Of a stretch of 64,000 nt of DNA, positions 17,410 to 27,164 are shown one piece after another. Position numbers and translations under genes: made by a program. How positions within the stretch are numbered: position 1 is the first letter of the stretch; the number at the start of each line of letters is the position of its first letter. This DNA is from an uncultured delta proteobacterium (lineage in GTDB: Bacteria; Desulfobacterota; Binatia; Binatales; Binataceae): the NCBI GenBank assembly GCA_963711565.1, contig CAVQEQ010000001.1, positions 1 to 64,000 of the forward strand. Reading direction: 5' to 3'. The notes beneath the pieces were generated by a model that was not told where the DNA came from, ran no database searches, and saw nothing but the letters and a program-made list of their open reading frames with translations.

Positions 17410-19026
17410 TCAGTTCGCGGAGCTGGTTTTCAGGGTTCCGGCCTGCGGGGTGAAGGTCATCAGCAGGCGCGGCGGGCTCTCGAGCGGAACGACTGCAAAA
17501 TGCGCGACCGGCTGCATATTCAAGGTCACGGTCGTTCCGGCCGAGCTGCTCGAGACCTTGCAGTCCTTGAAGATCGATTTGTCGAAGACGAGGTGAGTTT
17601 GCAGCGCGCCGTCGGGCGTCACCTGCTTGAGCACCACCGTCGCGGTCGAACCGTCGGCGCTGCTCTCGAGGTTCTTGTCGAAGCTGACGGGACCGCTGAG
17701 CTCGAGAATCACCGACAGCGGCGGATCGTTCGATGACAACCTGATCGTCTTCAGCGTCGCGGGACCGGCGGTGGGCGGCTCGCTCAGCGACAACGGTGGC
17801 GTACTGTCGGCATTCATCTGATGCATCGTCGGCTCAGACGCAGGCGCCACCCCGCTCGCGGCGATCTGACTCAAGGTCGAATCTTGCGGCGCCTCAGCCG
17901 CCACTCCCGTCTGATGCAACGCCGAATCCGGCGGCGCCGCGGCCGCCAGTCCGGTCATCGCGCGCGCCTGCGCCGCGGCGGCGCCGGCGATGCTGCCGGT
18001 GGGCTTGGGCAAGATAGGGGCCGGCGCCCGCATCATGTCCGGCGCGCCCAGCTTGGCGCTTGGAAGATCGGGCTGCGACGGATCGGGCGCCCCCGGTGGC
18101 ATCGACGCGTCGAGATTCGGCAGTCCGTCGGCTCCGTACGCCGAGCCGCCCGAGTTTGAGGCGACCTCGGTGCCGCCCATGTCAGAGCGCTGGCGGACGA
18201 TTATCTTGTCGGCGTTCGAGTCGTCGGGATTTCCGCCGTAGCCGGTTTCGGCGAGCACCAGCGGCAGCGGATCTTCTTCGGTGTCGATCGGTTCATGGAG
18301 CTTGGCCAGTTCGGCCTGGGCTCTTTTCGAGTAGCTGGAGTTCGGAAAGTGCTTCTTTACGGCGGCGAATGCCTGCGCCGCCGAGTATCGCTTGCCTTCC
18401 TTCTCGAGCGAAACCCCAAGCTCGTACAACGCGTCCGGCGCGACTGGAGTCTCGGGATATTTCTGCAGCAGCTCGGCAAAGCGCGACTCCGCGGCGCGGA
18501 AGTTCGCGCGCTTGTAATAATAGTTGCCGACGATCATCTCGTTGCGCGCGAGCATCTCGCGGCATACCAGGATCTTGTCGTGCGCGAGCTCGGCGAAGTC
18601 GCCCTCCGGAAAGCGCTCTTCCAATTCCTGGAAGCGCTTCAGCGCAGCCTCGGTCTTGCCCTGATCCTGGTCCTCGCGCCCAATCTGATCGTAGTAACTC
18701 AGCCCGATGTAGTAGGTGACGAGCTCGAGGTTCTTGCTGGTCGGATGCATCCGCTGGAAATCGTCCAGCGCGCCGATCGCCTCGGCGTAGTCCTTCTGCT
18801 GGTAGTAGGCAAGGCCGATTTTCATCTCGGCATCTTCGGCGTACGGACTGAAGGGGTACTTGTCGATCACCTGCTGATAATTTTCGATGGCGGCCTTGTA
18901 TTCTTTTGTCGCAAAATCAAGTTGGCCTTGCGCATAGTAGTCCTGGCCGCTGGGCTTCTGGCGCAGACTGCAAGCGGCAACCGGCAGCAGGCCAAGAGCC
19001 ACCAATATCAACAGCAATCGTTTCAT
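17410..19026 (-). CDS. bamD: Outer membrane protein assembly factor BamD with C-terminal extension
   Basis: Lipobox VAAC, TPRs, YPFSPYA, REDQDQGKT, LARNEMIVGNYY; then Pro/Ala linker and beta-rich domain. Confidence 0.88.
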   Translation of the reverse strand: MKRLLLILVALGLLPVAACSLRQKPSGQDYYAQGQLDFATKEYKAAIENYQQVIDKYPFSPYAEDAEMKIGLAYYQQKDYAEAIGALDDFQRMHPTSKNLELVTYYIGLSYYDQIGREDQDQGKTEAALKRFQELEERFPEGDFAELAHDKILVCREMLARNEMIVGNYYYKRANFRAAESRFAELLQKYPETPVAPDALYELGVSLEKEGKRYSAAQAFAAVKKHFPNSSYSKRAQAELAKLHEPIDTEEDPLPLVLAETGYGGNPDDSNADKIIVRQRSDMGGTEVASNSGGSAYGADGLPNLDASMPPGAPDPSQPDLPSAKLGAPDMMRAPAPILPKPTGSIAGAAAAQARAMTGLAAAAPPDSALHQTGVAAEAPQDSTLSQIAASGVAPASEPTMHQMNADSTPPLSLSEPPTAGPATLKTIRLSSNDPPLSVILELSGPVSFDKNLESSADGSTATVVLKQVTPDGALQTHLVFDKSIFKDCKVSSSSAGTTVTLNMQPVAHFAVVPLESPPRLLMTFTPQAGTLKTSSAN

Positions 19027-19119
19027 CGGGTGACGCGAAAAAGGTTAAACAAGGATGTTCGGCATTGCAATCCGCGCCCGATCCTCGATTCGGCTCATCG
19101 CAGCGGCAAGCAGGCGAAT

Positions 19120-19773
19120 TCAGCTACTTATGGACTCGCGCGGCCTGCGGAACGACGCCGAATATACCGGCTTCCCCGCCGCGACGTACTTGCGCGCGAA
19201 CCCGGTCCGCTCGGCGCCCGGCGCGGCCTCGACGGCGCGGATAAACCCTGCCGCGAGCATCATCGGAAAAATCTCGCCGGCGTAATCGCGCACGTCGGTC
19301 GCGACGTAGGCGATCGCGCCCGGCTCTACGGTGCGGAACAGGCTCGCGGCGATCGTCGGCGTGAACAGCCGATGTTTGACGTGACGCTCCTTCGGCCACG
19401 GGTCGGGATAGTAGATATGGAACGCGCTCACACTCGCGTCCGGCAGCATCAGGTTGACGAGAGTGCGTGCGTCCATCCGCACGACGCGCAGATTGTCGAG
19501 TCCGGCGCGACCGCATCGCACGGCCAGCACGCGCGTGATCGTCGATGAGAGTTCGACCGCGACAAAGTTGCGCTCGGGAAATTCCGCGGCGCGCTCGATG
19601 ATGAATTCGCCCTTGCCCGCGCCGATCTCGATTTCGATTGGCGCACGACGGCCGAACATCGCGGGCGGATCGATCGTGAAGACGTTGCCGTCAGGCGCGA
19701 ACAGAACGCGCTCGCCAATTTCGCGCGCCGTGGGATTTCCCCAGATGCGCGCCGCCTTTCGTAGTCTCGCCAT
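19120..19773 (-). CDS. trmB: tRNA (guanine-N7)-methyltransferase
   Basis: EIEIGAGKG, YPDPWPKERHVKHRL, ATD. Confidence 0.93.
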   Translation of the reverse strand: MARLRKAARIWGNPTAREIGERVLFAPDGNVFTIDPPAMFGRRAPIEIEIGAGKGEFIIERAAEFPERNFVAVELSSTITRVLAVRCGRAGLDNLRVVRMDARTLVNLMLPDASVSAFHIYYPDPWPKERHVKHRLFTPTIAASLFRTVEPGAIAYVATDVRDYAGEIFPMMLAAGFIRAVEAAPGAERTGFARKYVAAGKPVYSASFRRPRESISS

Positions 19774-19841
19774 GAGTAGGCATGACGATACCCGGCGGCG
19801 CCCTGACCTGCTACCGCGCCATCTCTGCGCAACGCTCCTTC

Positions 19842-20093
19842 CTAACCTCTCCTTGTCCGAGGAGAGGTCGGCGTAAGCCGCTTGAAAAGCGGTGTCGCCG
19901 GGTGAGGTGCAGCGCTCGACAACTCACCAGTCCCTACTCGTTTAACTGCAACTGTTGGACACCCATGCCGCGACAGCACGACTGCCTTCCAGCTAATTGC
20001 CGTACGCAAGCGCAGTTGCACGGCGTGCGTCGCACCCCACCCGGCGCGCTCCTTCGGCGCGCGCCGACCTCCCCTCGGACAAGGGGAGGTTAG
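19842..20093. repeat. REPIN/MITE-like element: two inverted palindromic repeats
   Basis: CTAACCTCTCCTTGTCCGAGGAGAGGTCGGCG..CGCCGGGTGAGGTGC (19842-19910) is near reverse-complementary to 20032-20093. Confidence 0.75.
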
Positions 20094-20114
20094 AATGGAA
20101 GTCGGATCTATTTT

Positions 20115-21560
20115 TCAGTCGGGGCGCTTCAAAAATGCGCGCACTCGCTCGGACAGCGGCTTCAGGTCGGTGTTGTCCACCAGTGCGCTTGCCATCCTGA
20201 CCGGGTCACCGAAGAAGAAACGCTCGTAGAGAACCTGGCGACCGCCGAATGCGCTGCACGCGACTTCCCACGCTAGTCGATAAAGCGCGACGCGCTCTTT
20301 GGCGGGCGCATCGGCGGCGGCGAAGTAGCGCTCGATATCCGGCAACTCGGCGGGGTTCGCGAAGTCGGCGGCGGACGGCGTCGCCATCAGCGAGCTCGAG
20401 CTGTTGAGCTGGATAATTTCGACCAGGCGTGGATACAACCGCGGAAAAAGATTGCGCGCGGTGTCGAGCGGCGCGCGCGCCGGCGTGTACACGCCCCATT
20501 TGTCGAGCGCGGCGTCGGCTTCCGCCGCGCGCAGGCACGCGCGCATCGTCTCGGTCGTCATGATCATCTCGGCCAGGCGCTCGCGCACGTGCGGCAACGA
20601 CATCGCGTCGCTCGCCTCGGCGATACGTGCCGCCAACCCAAGGACGAACTCGCTCTTGGCGACATTCTTCACGGCCACCTGATGCATCATGTGGACGACG
20701 GCGCCGGTGCCCGCGTACAACGCGTTGCATCGCGCGACGTCGCCGCACAGGAACACGCGCTCCCACGGCACCAAGACGTTGTCGAACACGACCACCGCGT
20801 CCATCTCGTCGAAGCGCGACGCGAGCGGGTTGTCGAAGCGCGAGCGGCCGAGGTCGTAGGTATCGCGGCACAGAAATTTGAGACCCTTGGCGTTGCATTG
20901 GATTGCGAACGACAGCGCGAACGGCTCCGCCGCCGGCTCGGCCTTCAACACCGTCGACGGAAATACGAGCAGTTCCTCGGACAGCGGCGCGAGCGTTGCG
21001 AGCATCCGGCAGCCGCTCACGATGATGCCGTCCGTGGTCTTGTCGACGAGCTTGAGCGCGAGCTCGGCGTCGGTGTGTCCGGCCCATCCCGCGGCGCGGC
21101 GCGCGCGCGGATTGACCAGAGTATGCGTCGCGCACCAATCGTGATGGCGCGCCTCCATATAGTAGTTCCAGATGTTGTCGCCGTGCCGCGGATCGCTCTC
21201 GGCAAAAAATTCGCGCGCCGCGGCCATCGCCGCGAGACTGACGTTGAGGTAATCGGGCGTGCGCCCGAGCATCCCGCAGCCGAAGTCCGCCCAAGTCTTC
21301 ATCATGCGCGTGCGCTTGCGCAGGTCGTCGGACGTTTTTGGAATGATGAACGACATCCCGGCGCGACCGCCGTCGTCGGTGCGGAACGTCATCGTCTCGG
21401 GATGCTCCATCTGCATGTCGTAGAGCGACGCGACCGAGCGCGCGCAATTCGCAAACGCGGGATGAGCGGTGACGTCGCCGGCACGCGCGCCGCCGATCCA
21501 GATTTCCGCGCCGAGCTTCTTCAGCGACGACAGGTAATTGTTGCCCGAGCGCGCGCCCAT
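20115..21560 (-). CDS. hpaB: 4-hydroxyphenylacetate 3-monooxygenase oxygenase component
   Basis: GRTPDYLN, NPLASRFDEMDA, RQVLYERFFFGDP. Confidence 0.88.
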   Translation of the reverse strand: MGARSGNNYLSSLKKLGAEIWIGGARAGDVTAHPAFANCARSVASLYDMQMEHPETMTFRTDDGGRAGMSFIIPKTSDDLRKRTRMMKTWADFGCGMLGRTPDYLNVSLAAMAAAREFFAESDPRHGDNIWNYYMEARHHDWCATHTLVNPRARRAAGWAGHTDAELALKLVDKTTDGIIVSGCRMLATLAPLSEELLVFPSTVLKAEPAAEPFALSFAIQCNAKGLKFLCRDTYDLGRSRFDNPLASRFDEMDAVVVFDNVLVPWERVFLCGDVARCNALYAGTGAVVHMMHQVAVKNVAKSEFVLGLAARIAEASDAMSLPHVRERLAEMIMTTETMRACLRAAEADAALDKWGVYTPARAPLDTARNLFPRLYPRLVEIIQLNSSSSLMATPSAADFANPAELPDIERYFAAADAPAKERVALYRLAWEVACSAFGGRQVLYERFFFGDPVRMASALVDNTDLKPLSERVRAFLKRPD

Positions 21561-21561
21561 C

Positions 21562-22449
21562 TCAGATGACCTCGTTGAGCAGGGGCAAGCGCTTGCGGAT
21601 TCGTTCGGCGGCGTCGGCCGGCGCCATGTACGGAGGGCGCGCGGGGCCCATCTCGATTCCGGTCGCGACCGACGCGGTCACCTTCGTCGTGCCGAGATGG
21701 CCGAGAGTTTCCTCGCCGCCGCGCGGGAAACATCGATTGAGCCGTCGCTGAATTTCTTCAGCGCGCTTGTAGTCGCCGGGCTTGTACGCCTTGAGCAGCG
21801 CGACCGCCGCGGGCACCGCGAAAATATTGATGAAGCCGCCGGCCGCGCCGAGCATCAGCCCCGCCAGCATCGCGCGAAACGTATTATAGATGTCCGCGCG
21901 GCCGTCCACTTCGTCGTAGAGCACCTCGAGATGCTGCAAATCTGTCAACACTTCCTTGAACGCGACGACGCCGGGAATCGTCGCGAGCTTGCCCGCGAAC
22001 TTCGGCGTGATGTTGAACTTGCTGAGCGCGGGATTGTGGTAGATGACGACCGGCAAGTCGCCGGCCTCGGCAATCATGCCGTAGTGGCGCTCGACTTCAG
22101 CCTCGCCGCATCGCCAGTAGTACGGCGGAATCACTTGCTGCGCGTCGTAACCGAGGCGCGCCGCGATCTTCGCGTAGCGCAGAGTCTCGAGCGTGGTCGC
22201 GCCCGAGGTCATCGCAACGGCCGACAGGTTCGGGCGCTTGCGCGTCTCCTCGATCACAATTTCGAAGACTCGAGTCCGCTCTGCTTCATCCATGTGCAGA
22301 AACTCGCCGATACTCGGCGCGGCTACGACGCCATCGGCGCCCGCCGCAATCGCCCAATTGACTTCGCGCCGCAGCGCGTCTTCATTGAGCCGGTAGTCGT
22401 CATGAAACGGCGTCACCAGCATCGCCAAAATCCCTTGTGCAAGTTTCAA
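21562..22449 (-). CDS. DapA/DHDPS-family aldolase (possibly HpaI-like)
   Basis: LVTPF, SIGEF, PPYY, YHNP, AFKE (Schiff-base Lys). Confidence 0.85.
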   Translation of the reverse strand: MKLAQGILAMLVTPFHDDYRLNEDALRREVNWAIAAGADGVVAAPSIGEFLHMDEAERTRVFEIVIEETRKRPNLSAVAMTSGATTLETLRYAKIAARLGYDAQQVIPPYYWRCGEAEVERHYGMIAEAGDLPVVIYHNPALSKFNITPKFAGKLATIPGVVAFKEVLTDLQHLEVLYDEVDGRADIYNTFRAMLAGLMLGAAGGFINIFAVPAAVALLKAYKPGDYKRAEEIQRRLNRCFPRGGEETLGHLGTTKVTASVATGIEMGPARPPYMAPADAAERIRKRLPLLNEVI

Positions 22450-22464
22450 ACGCGCACCTCCGCG

Positions 22465-23361
22465 CTAGGCAGCCTCGCGCTCGGCTCCGATGAACGAGGG
22501 TTGAAAGAAAAAGATCGCCTGGCCGGTTCCGATTGCGGCCTCGTATTTTCCGAACTGCTCGCCGCGCCACGTCCACGAGTCGCCGCCCATCGCTCCCGCC
22601 ATCGTGATGTAATGCGAGAAGCGGCCCTCGGGCGAGCAATGCGCGCGGTAGTCGTCGGCGGCGGCCAGCACGGCGTCATGCCGCCCCTGCTTGAACCATT
22701 CCATGATGCGTTCGTCATAGAGACGATTGGCGGTTGACGCGATGTCGTCGGGCGACGCCGAGGCGCGGTCGAGAACGTGGTCGTAGTCCCAGAACTTGTG
22801 CGACATCCCACCCGACGCGACAATCACGACGCGTCGATTCGATTTCCAGATAGCCTGTCCGATCGCGGCGCCGTAAGCCAAATCATTCTTGACCGACGCA
22901 GTCTGACAAACGCTGACCGACAGCACGCGGCGGCGCGCTTCGTGATTCAAATAGTGCATCACGTTGAGCGTCGGATAGTGAATCGGCAAGTTGGTATGCG
23001 CTGACGCGATCGCGCGAATCCCGCGCTCCCGCGTCTCTATCTCGACACTGCGCGCAAGCTCCGCGTCGCCCTGGTAGGCATATTCGAGGTCATGCAGCAT
23101 CGCGGGCAGCTCCTCCGACGTGTACACGCCCGACAGCCGCTCGTGCGCATTGAGTACGTATTCCAAAGTCGAGAACCAGTGCGTATCGATTAGCAAGAAG
23201 GTATCGAAGTCGAGATGGCGAATGCGCTCGCGCTCGAGCTTCGGCATCGCGTCGTAAAATGTCGTCACGTTCCGGCCCATGTATGCTCGCCGCGCAATCG
23301 GATCGGTGATCATCAAGCGCGGTACGTGCGTGGTGAAGACGGTCGCGACGACCTTACCCAT
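22465..23361 (-). CDS. hpaD: 3,4-dihydroxyphenylacetate 2,3-dioxygenase-like (LigB-type extradiol dioxygenase)
   Basis: THVPR, DTHW, YTSEELP, ASGGMSHKFW, EGRFSHY, GTGQ. Confidence 0.8.
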   Translation of the reverse strand: MGKVVATVFTTHVPRLMITDPIARRAYMGRNVTTFYDAMPKLERERIRHLDFDTFLLIDTHWFSTLEYVLNAHERLSGVYTSEELPAMLHDLEYAYQGDAELARSVEIETRERGIRAIASAHTNLPIHYPTLNVMHYLNHEARRRVLSVSVCQTASVKNDLAYGAAIGQAIWKSNRRVVIVASGGMSHKFWDYDHVLDRASASPDDIASTANRLYDERIMEWFKQGRHDAVLAAADDYRAHCSPEGRFSHYITMAGAMGGDSWTWRGEQFGKYEAAIGTGQAIFFFQPSFIGAEREAA

Positions 23362-23500
23362 CGTGCTCCTCCTCTATCAGATGAAGTCTCGCGGATTCGC
23401 TGAAACATAGCAAAACCGGGGGCAAGTGGTATCTCCGCGCCGCCTTCCTTGACGGCTGATCGTAACGGCCCTAACCTGCCATCAGGCGCCGACTGTTACC

Positions 23501-24153
23501 GTGGCTGCATTACCCACCATCATTCCGATCTTTCCGTTGCCCAACCTCGTGTTGTTTCCCGGGTTGAGCGTACCGCTGCACATTTTCGAGCCGCGCTACC
23601 GCGAGATGATCGCCGACGTGGCCGATGCGCACGGCGTAATCGGGATGGCGCTGCTCAAGGGCGACTGGGAAGCCGACTACCAGGCCTTTCCCGATATTTT
23701 CGAGGTCGGATGCGCAGGCAAAATCGGCGGCCTCATCAAGCTGGCCGACGGCCGCTACAATCTCGTGCTCGAGGGTCTCGGCGAGTTTCGCATCGCGCGG
23801 GAGATTCGCGAGCGCTCGTACCGGCAGGCGCAGGTGAACTGGTGCCCGGTGCGGCCGGACGCTCTCGAGTGCGACGCCGAGACGATGGAGGCGCTGCGCG
23901 AGATGCTCTTCAGCTACCTGGGCGAGGCCGCGCACGAGGCCTGGCGCACGATAGTCGAGCAGCGCGGACTTCGTGGCACCGAACTAATCAATTTTCTCTG
24001 CTTTCATCTCGATATCACGCCGCTCGAAAAGCAGACGCTGCTCGAGGCGCTAGCGGATCGAGTCGATTGCCTGCTCGACGTGCTGACCTTCAAACTCGAA
24101 GAGCGCAAGCACGGGCCGCCGGCACCGGCAGCGGTCCAGATACGGTCCAGTAG
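23501..24153 (+). CDS. LON peptidase substrate-binding domain protein (probable indel near 24117)
   Basis: IPIFPLPNLVLFPG..PLHIFEPRYREM; ORF track runs to 24385, but a frame change at ~24117 gives ...GTGSGPDTVQ* ending at 24153. Confidence 0.85.
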
Positions 24154-24483
24154 CGGTATTGCACGGAACCTAACTGCGCTTATTTGCCCGTCGGGTTCGC
24201 AATCCACTTTCCTATCGACGCACAGCAACCTAAGATCCCGGCCGAAACCCGCAGTCGGCTTATGGCACGCGCGCGACACATTGCGGGCGTTATGTGGCCA
24301 AATCGTAACGCATGTCGCAAATGAGTCAGCATGCGCACAAAGGCGGCTGAATTCGCATAATGCGGAACGATTTGCGAAAAGTTAGCCAATCTTGTGAATT
24401 TCTCAACATCCGGCAATCCGAGTTGCGGTTCATGATGGCTTAACATGCTAGCTAAATTGCATTAGGGCAGTTGCTGATAAATT

Positions 24484-24499
24484 CGGCATGATCATTGCG
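24484..24499 (+). promoter_or_regulatory. Sigma54 (-24/-12) promoter
   Basis: CGGCATGATCATTGCG has GG-N10-GC spacing and is close to TGGCACGNNNNTTGC; ~95 bp upstream of the ORF at 24595. Confidence 0.65.
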
Positions 24500-24594
24500 T
24501 AATGTCCAGCCGAACGACAACAGTCGGAATCTCGGCACTGATCGCCTGACCCCATTAGACGAGGGCAGGCACGGTCGGGTGAGGACAAAGTACG

Positions 24595-25035
24595 ATGGAA
24601 TGGGAAAATAGCGCTCTCGGAAATCTCTTCGTGCCGGACGTTTTAACGCCTGAGCAGTTCTACGACAGCCGGCGCGACGACAGCACGATCCGCCCCGTCA
24701 AAAAGCTGATGATGGCTATCCTGGAAGACGCGCTTCGATGCTTCCAGAATAACGCCGATGCCAAGGGCGGCCCGCGCAAGCGTTTGTTCAGTGAGGCCGA
24801 GCAGTGGCTGATCGGCGAAGGCGGAGAAGGTCCATTCTCGTTCGAGACGGTCTGCGAGACGCTAGGAATCGAGCCGCAATTTCTGCGCCGTGGTCTGCGC
24901 GATTGGCGTACCCAGCAGCTTGCAGGCGTGTCCACGCGGCGCTTGGCAAGGCGCTCGCCGGTGGTTCGAAGCGGCCGTATCAGTGCACCAGCGCGTCGCG
25001 ATGCAAAGCGCACGGCGACGGCGCAAGCTCGCTAG
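24595..25035 (+). CDS. Conserved-looking hypothetical protein (PDVLTPEQFY..KKLMMAILEDA..FSFETVCETLG)
   Basis: GAGGA RBS; upstream sigma54 site; downstream terminator. Confidence 0.8.
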   Translation: MEWENSALGNLFVPDVLTPEQFYDSRRDDSTIRPVKKLMMAILEDALRCFQNNADAKGGPRKRLFSEAEQWLIGEGGEGPFSFETVCETLGIEPQFLRRGLRDWRTQQLAGVSTRRLARRSPVVRSGRISAPARRDAKRTATAQAR

Positions 25036-25086
25036 AAGTCATTCGCCGACGCGATTTGCGTCGGCTTGAATCCCGTCAAAATAGAA

Positions 25087-25134
25087 AGGCGGCGCAGCAT
25101 CTCTCACGAGATGCCGCGCCGCCTCAATTTTTTT
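25087..25134. terminator. Intrinsic terminator between convergent genes
   Basis: AGGCGGCGCAGCATCTC-TCAC-GAGATGCCGCGCCGCCT followed by a T tract. Confidence 0.8.
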
Positions 25135-25196
25135 ACGCTGCTTGCGAGTGCGGCCGGGCAAAATCAGCGCCGGACAGCCCTACGCCCTCAGGCGTA

Positions 25197-25562
25197 TTAG
25201 TGCGGCGAGGGGGCCGGAGGTGCGCCGGGCGCAGGAGTTTTAGACGCCACTGCTCCTCCGGGCGGAGGAGGCACGTAGCCCTTGGGTTGCGCCTGAACCC
25301 ACTGCTCGCACGCAGGAATATCATCTTCATCGAGCGATTCCTGCTGCATGATTTGTTCATTAGACCAGCCGTGCGTCTTCTCCCAGTGCACTCCGGGACA
25401 TTTGACGGCGAGGTTGAAATTTCTTGAGGTTGACGCTACCGCAGCGGGGGGCTGCGACGCTGAACCTCCCGCCGCGCTGCCGCCGCTGGTACTTTGACTC
25501 GCGCAACCGGCGAGCAACAATGCCAGCCCCGTAGCCAGCGCCAATCCAATCTTCCGTTTCAT
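25197..25562 (-). CDS. Small hypothetical lipoprotein
   Basis: MKRKIGLALATGLALLLAGC lipobox; AAGGAGG RBS; two further Cys; Pro-rich tail. Confidence 0.8.
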   Translation of the reverse strand: MKRKIGLALATGLALLLAGCASQSTSGGSAAGGSASQPPAAVASTSRNFNLAVKCPGVHWEKTHGWSNEQIMQQESLDEDDIPACEQWVQAQPKGYVPPPPGGAVASKTPAPGAPPAPSPH

Positions 25563-25681
25563 GGCATCCTCCTTCAATCTGGGAACCCCTCCACTAACCG
25601 AGCTAACATGGCCACCGCCGTTCCTTTAAGCAGGGCCAAAATACACCGTCTGAAAAAATTAGCAAACCCCCCATAATCCGC

Positions 25682-26677
25682 TCATAACGCCTGGAACACA
25701 GTTTGTTCACCACGCTCCGAGCGGCGAGCGCGGCCTTCAAAACAGGCTAGTTCCAGGTGCGCGAGGGTCTCAAATGTCGCCGCCATCACGTGGAATATCG
25801 GTCTTTCTTCGCCGCCAAACACCTGTTGCGCAATTTCGAACGCCGTCTGCGGGGACTTTCGCGTCAAATCGAGCATTTCCGCTTCTCGATACCGGTGATG
25901 TTCGATCAATTGATTAGCGCGATGACGATGGTCGTGATAGACGCCGCCATGCGCGGGCAACACCAGCTCGACGTCAAACTTCTGAACCTTTAACTGCGAG
26001 GCGATAAAATCGCCGAGCGGGTTGGTTCCCGCCGCATCCGGATAAATCCCGACGTGTGGCGTAATTTTGGGCAGCAGATGATCGCCGACGATCATCACCT
26101 TTTCTTTGCGCAAATAAATCACGTTGTGACCCGGCGAATGACCCGGCGTCCAGATCACTTCGAGCTCGCGGTCGCCGATTTTGATCACGTCGTGATCGTC
26201 GATGTACTTGTCGGGTTGCGTGACTGGCCCGTACATCGAGGTTCCCATCCACGCCGGGCGCATCCCGATCGGCGAGAACTGTTCGATCGGAAATCCGTGC
26301 TTGGCGAAAAACGCGCGCGACTCGGGCCGGTCGTGCGGCGCCATTTTGCCAAACTCGATCATCCTGCCTGCGCGCTCTGCTTCGAGGCGATGAATGTGCG
26401 TCGTCGCATGACTGCGGCGTCGAATCTCGCCGGACGCGCCGAAGTGATCAATATGATGATGAGTCGCGACGATCGCGTCGAGGTCTTCGATCTTGATGTC
26501 GAGTTCCGCCAGCGCTTGCTCGAGCGCCGCGATACTCTCGGGCGAATTCATCCCCGTGTCGACGAGCGTCCACGCGCCGTGACAGTCGATCAGATAAACG
26601 TTGATGATCGTCGGCCGCATCGGCAGCGGCAGAAAGATCTCGTAGATTCCCGGATGAACCTCAACTATTTTCGCCAT
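25682..26677 (-). CDS. MBL-fold metallo-hydrolase
   Basis: THHHIDHFG, TPGHSPGH, GDHLL, PAHG. Confidence 0.92.
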   Translation of the reverse strand: MAKIVEVHPGIYEIFLPLPMRPTIINVYLIDCHGAWTLVDTGMNSPESIAALEQALAELDIKIEDLDAIVATHHHIDHFGASGEIRRRSHATTHIHRLEAERAGRMIEFGKMAPHDRPESRAFFAKHGFPIEQFSPIGMRPAWMGTSMYGPVTQPDKYIDDHDVIKIGDRELEVIWTPGHSPGHNVIYLRKEKVMIVGDHLLPKITPHVGIYPDAAGTNPLGDFIASQLKVQKFDVELVLPAHGGVYHDHRHRANQLIEHHRYREAEMLDLTRKSPQTAFEIAQQVFGGEERPIFHVMAATFETLAHLELACFEGRARRSERGEQTVFQAL

Positions 26678-26758
26678 CGATTACTCTCAGCGGCTGGTTT
26701 CGCATGACTTGGATGTCCTTGCGCTCCGCCGCTCCCTTCGTGATCGCAACTCAAGCGA

Positions 26759-26971
26759 TCACTCGTGCAGCTCGTCTTTCACCTGGAAAGTCACTTTGAC
26801 TCTCACCTTCCAGCGCACGACTTTGTTGGCCTCGACCAAGGCGGATATGTCGACGATATTGGCGGTGTGAATGCCTTTGATCGTGACGCCGGCGCGCGAG
26901 ATTGCCAATTGCACGGCCTCTTCGACCGAGTTGGCCGAGATGCCCGTGAGGTCAATCGTTTTTTCAACCAT
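26759..26971 (-). CDS. Dodecin family protein
   Basis: EKTIDLTGIS.NSVEEAV..AISRA..TIKG..WKVRVKVTF. Confidence 0.85.
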   Translation of the reverse strand: MVEKTIDLTGISANSVEEAVQLAISRAGVTIKGIHTANIVDISALVEANKVVRWKVRVKVTFQVKDELHE

Positions 26972-27164
26972 GACGCTCAGCCGCTCCCAGGGGATGTAGT
27001 TCGCGCGCGCTTGTTTGACGCTCGCACGCACGCGGCGCTACGCTCGCCCCTGCACAGTGGTTAGCGCACGGCGAGATCCGAAACAAGGTGACATCGCGCA
27101 ATCCGCCTCTGCGACAGCCTGAATAGAAGCGCGCGATTGGTCAGCGCGTCGGGAGAGCAGTTAG

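Noticed and set aside
24262-24280. Second sigma54 site TGGCACGCGCGCGAC
   Set aside because: Lacks the GC at the -12 position
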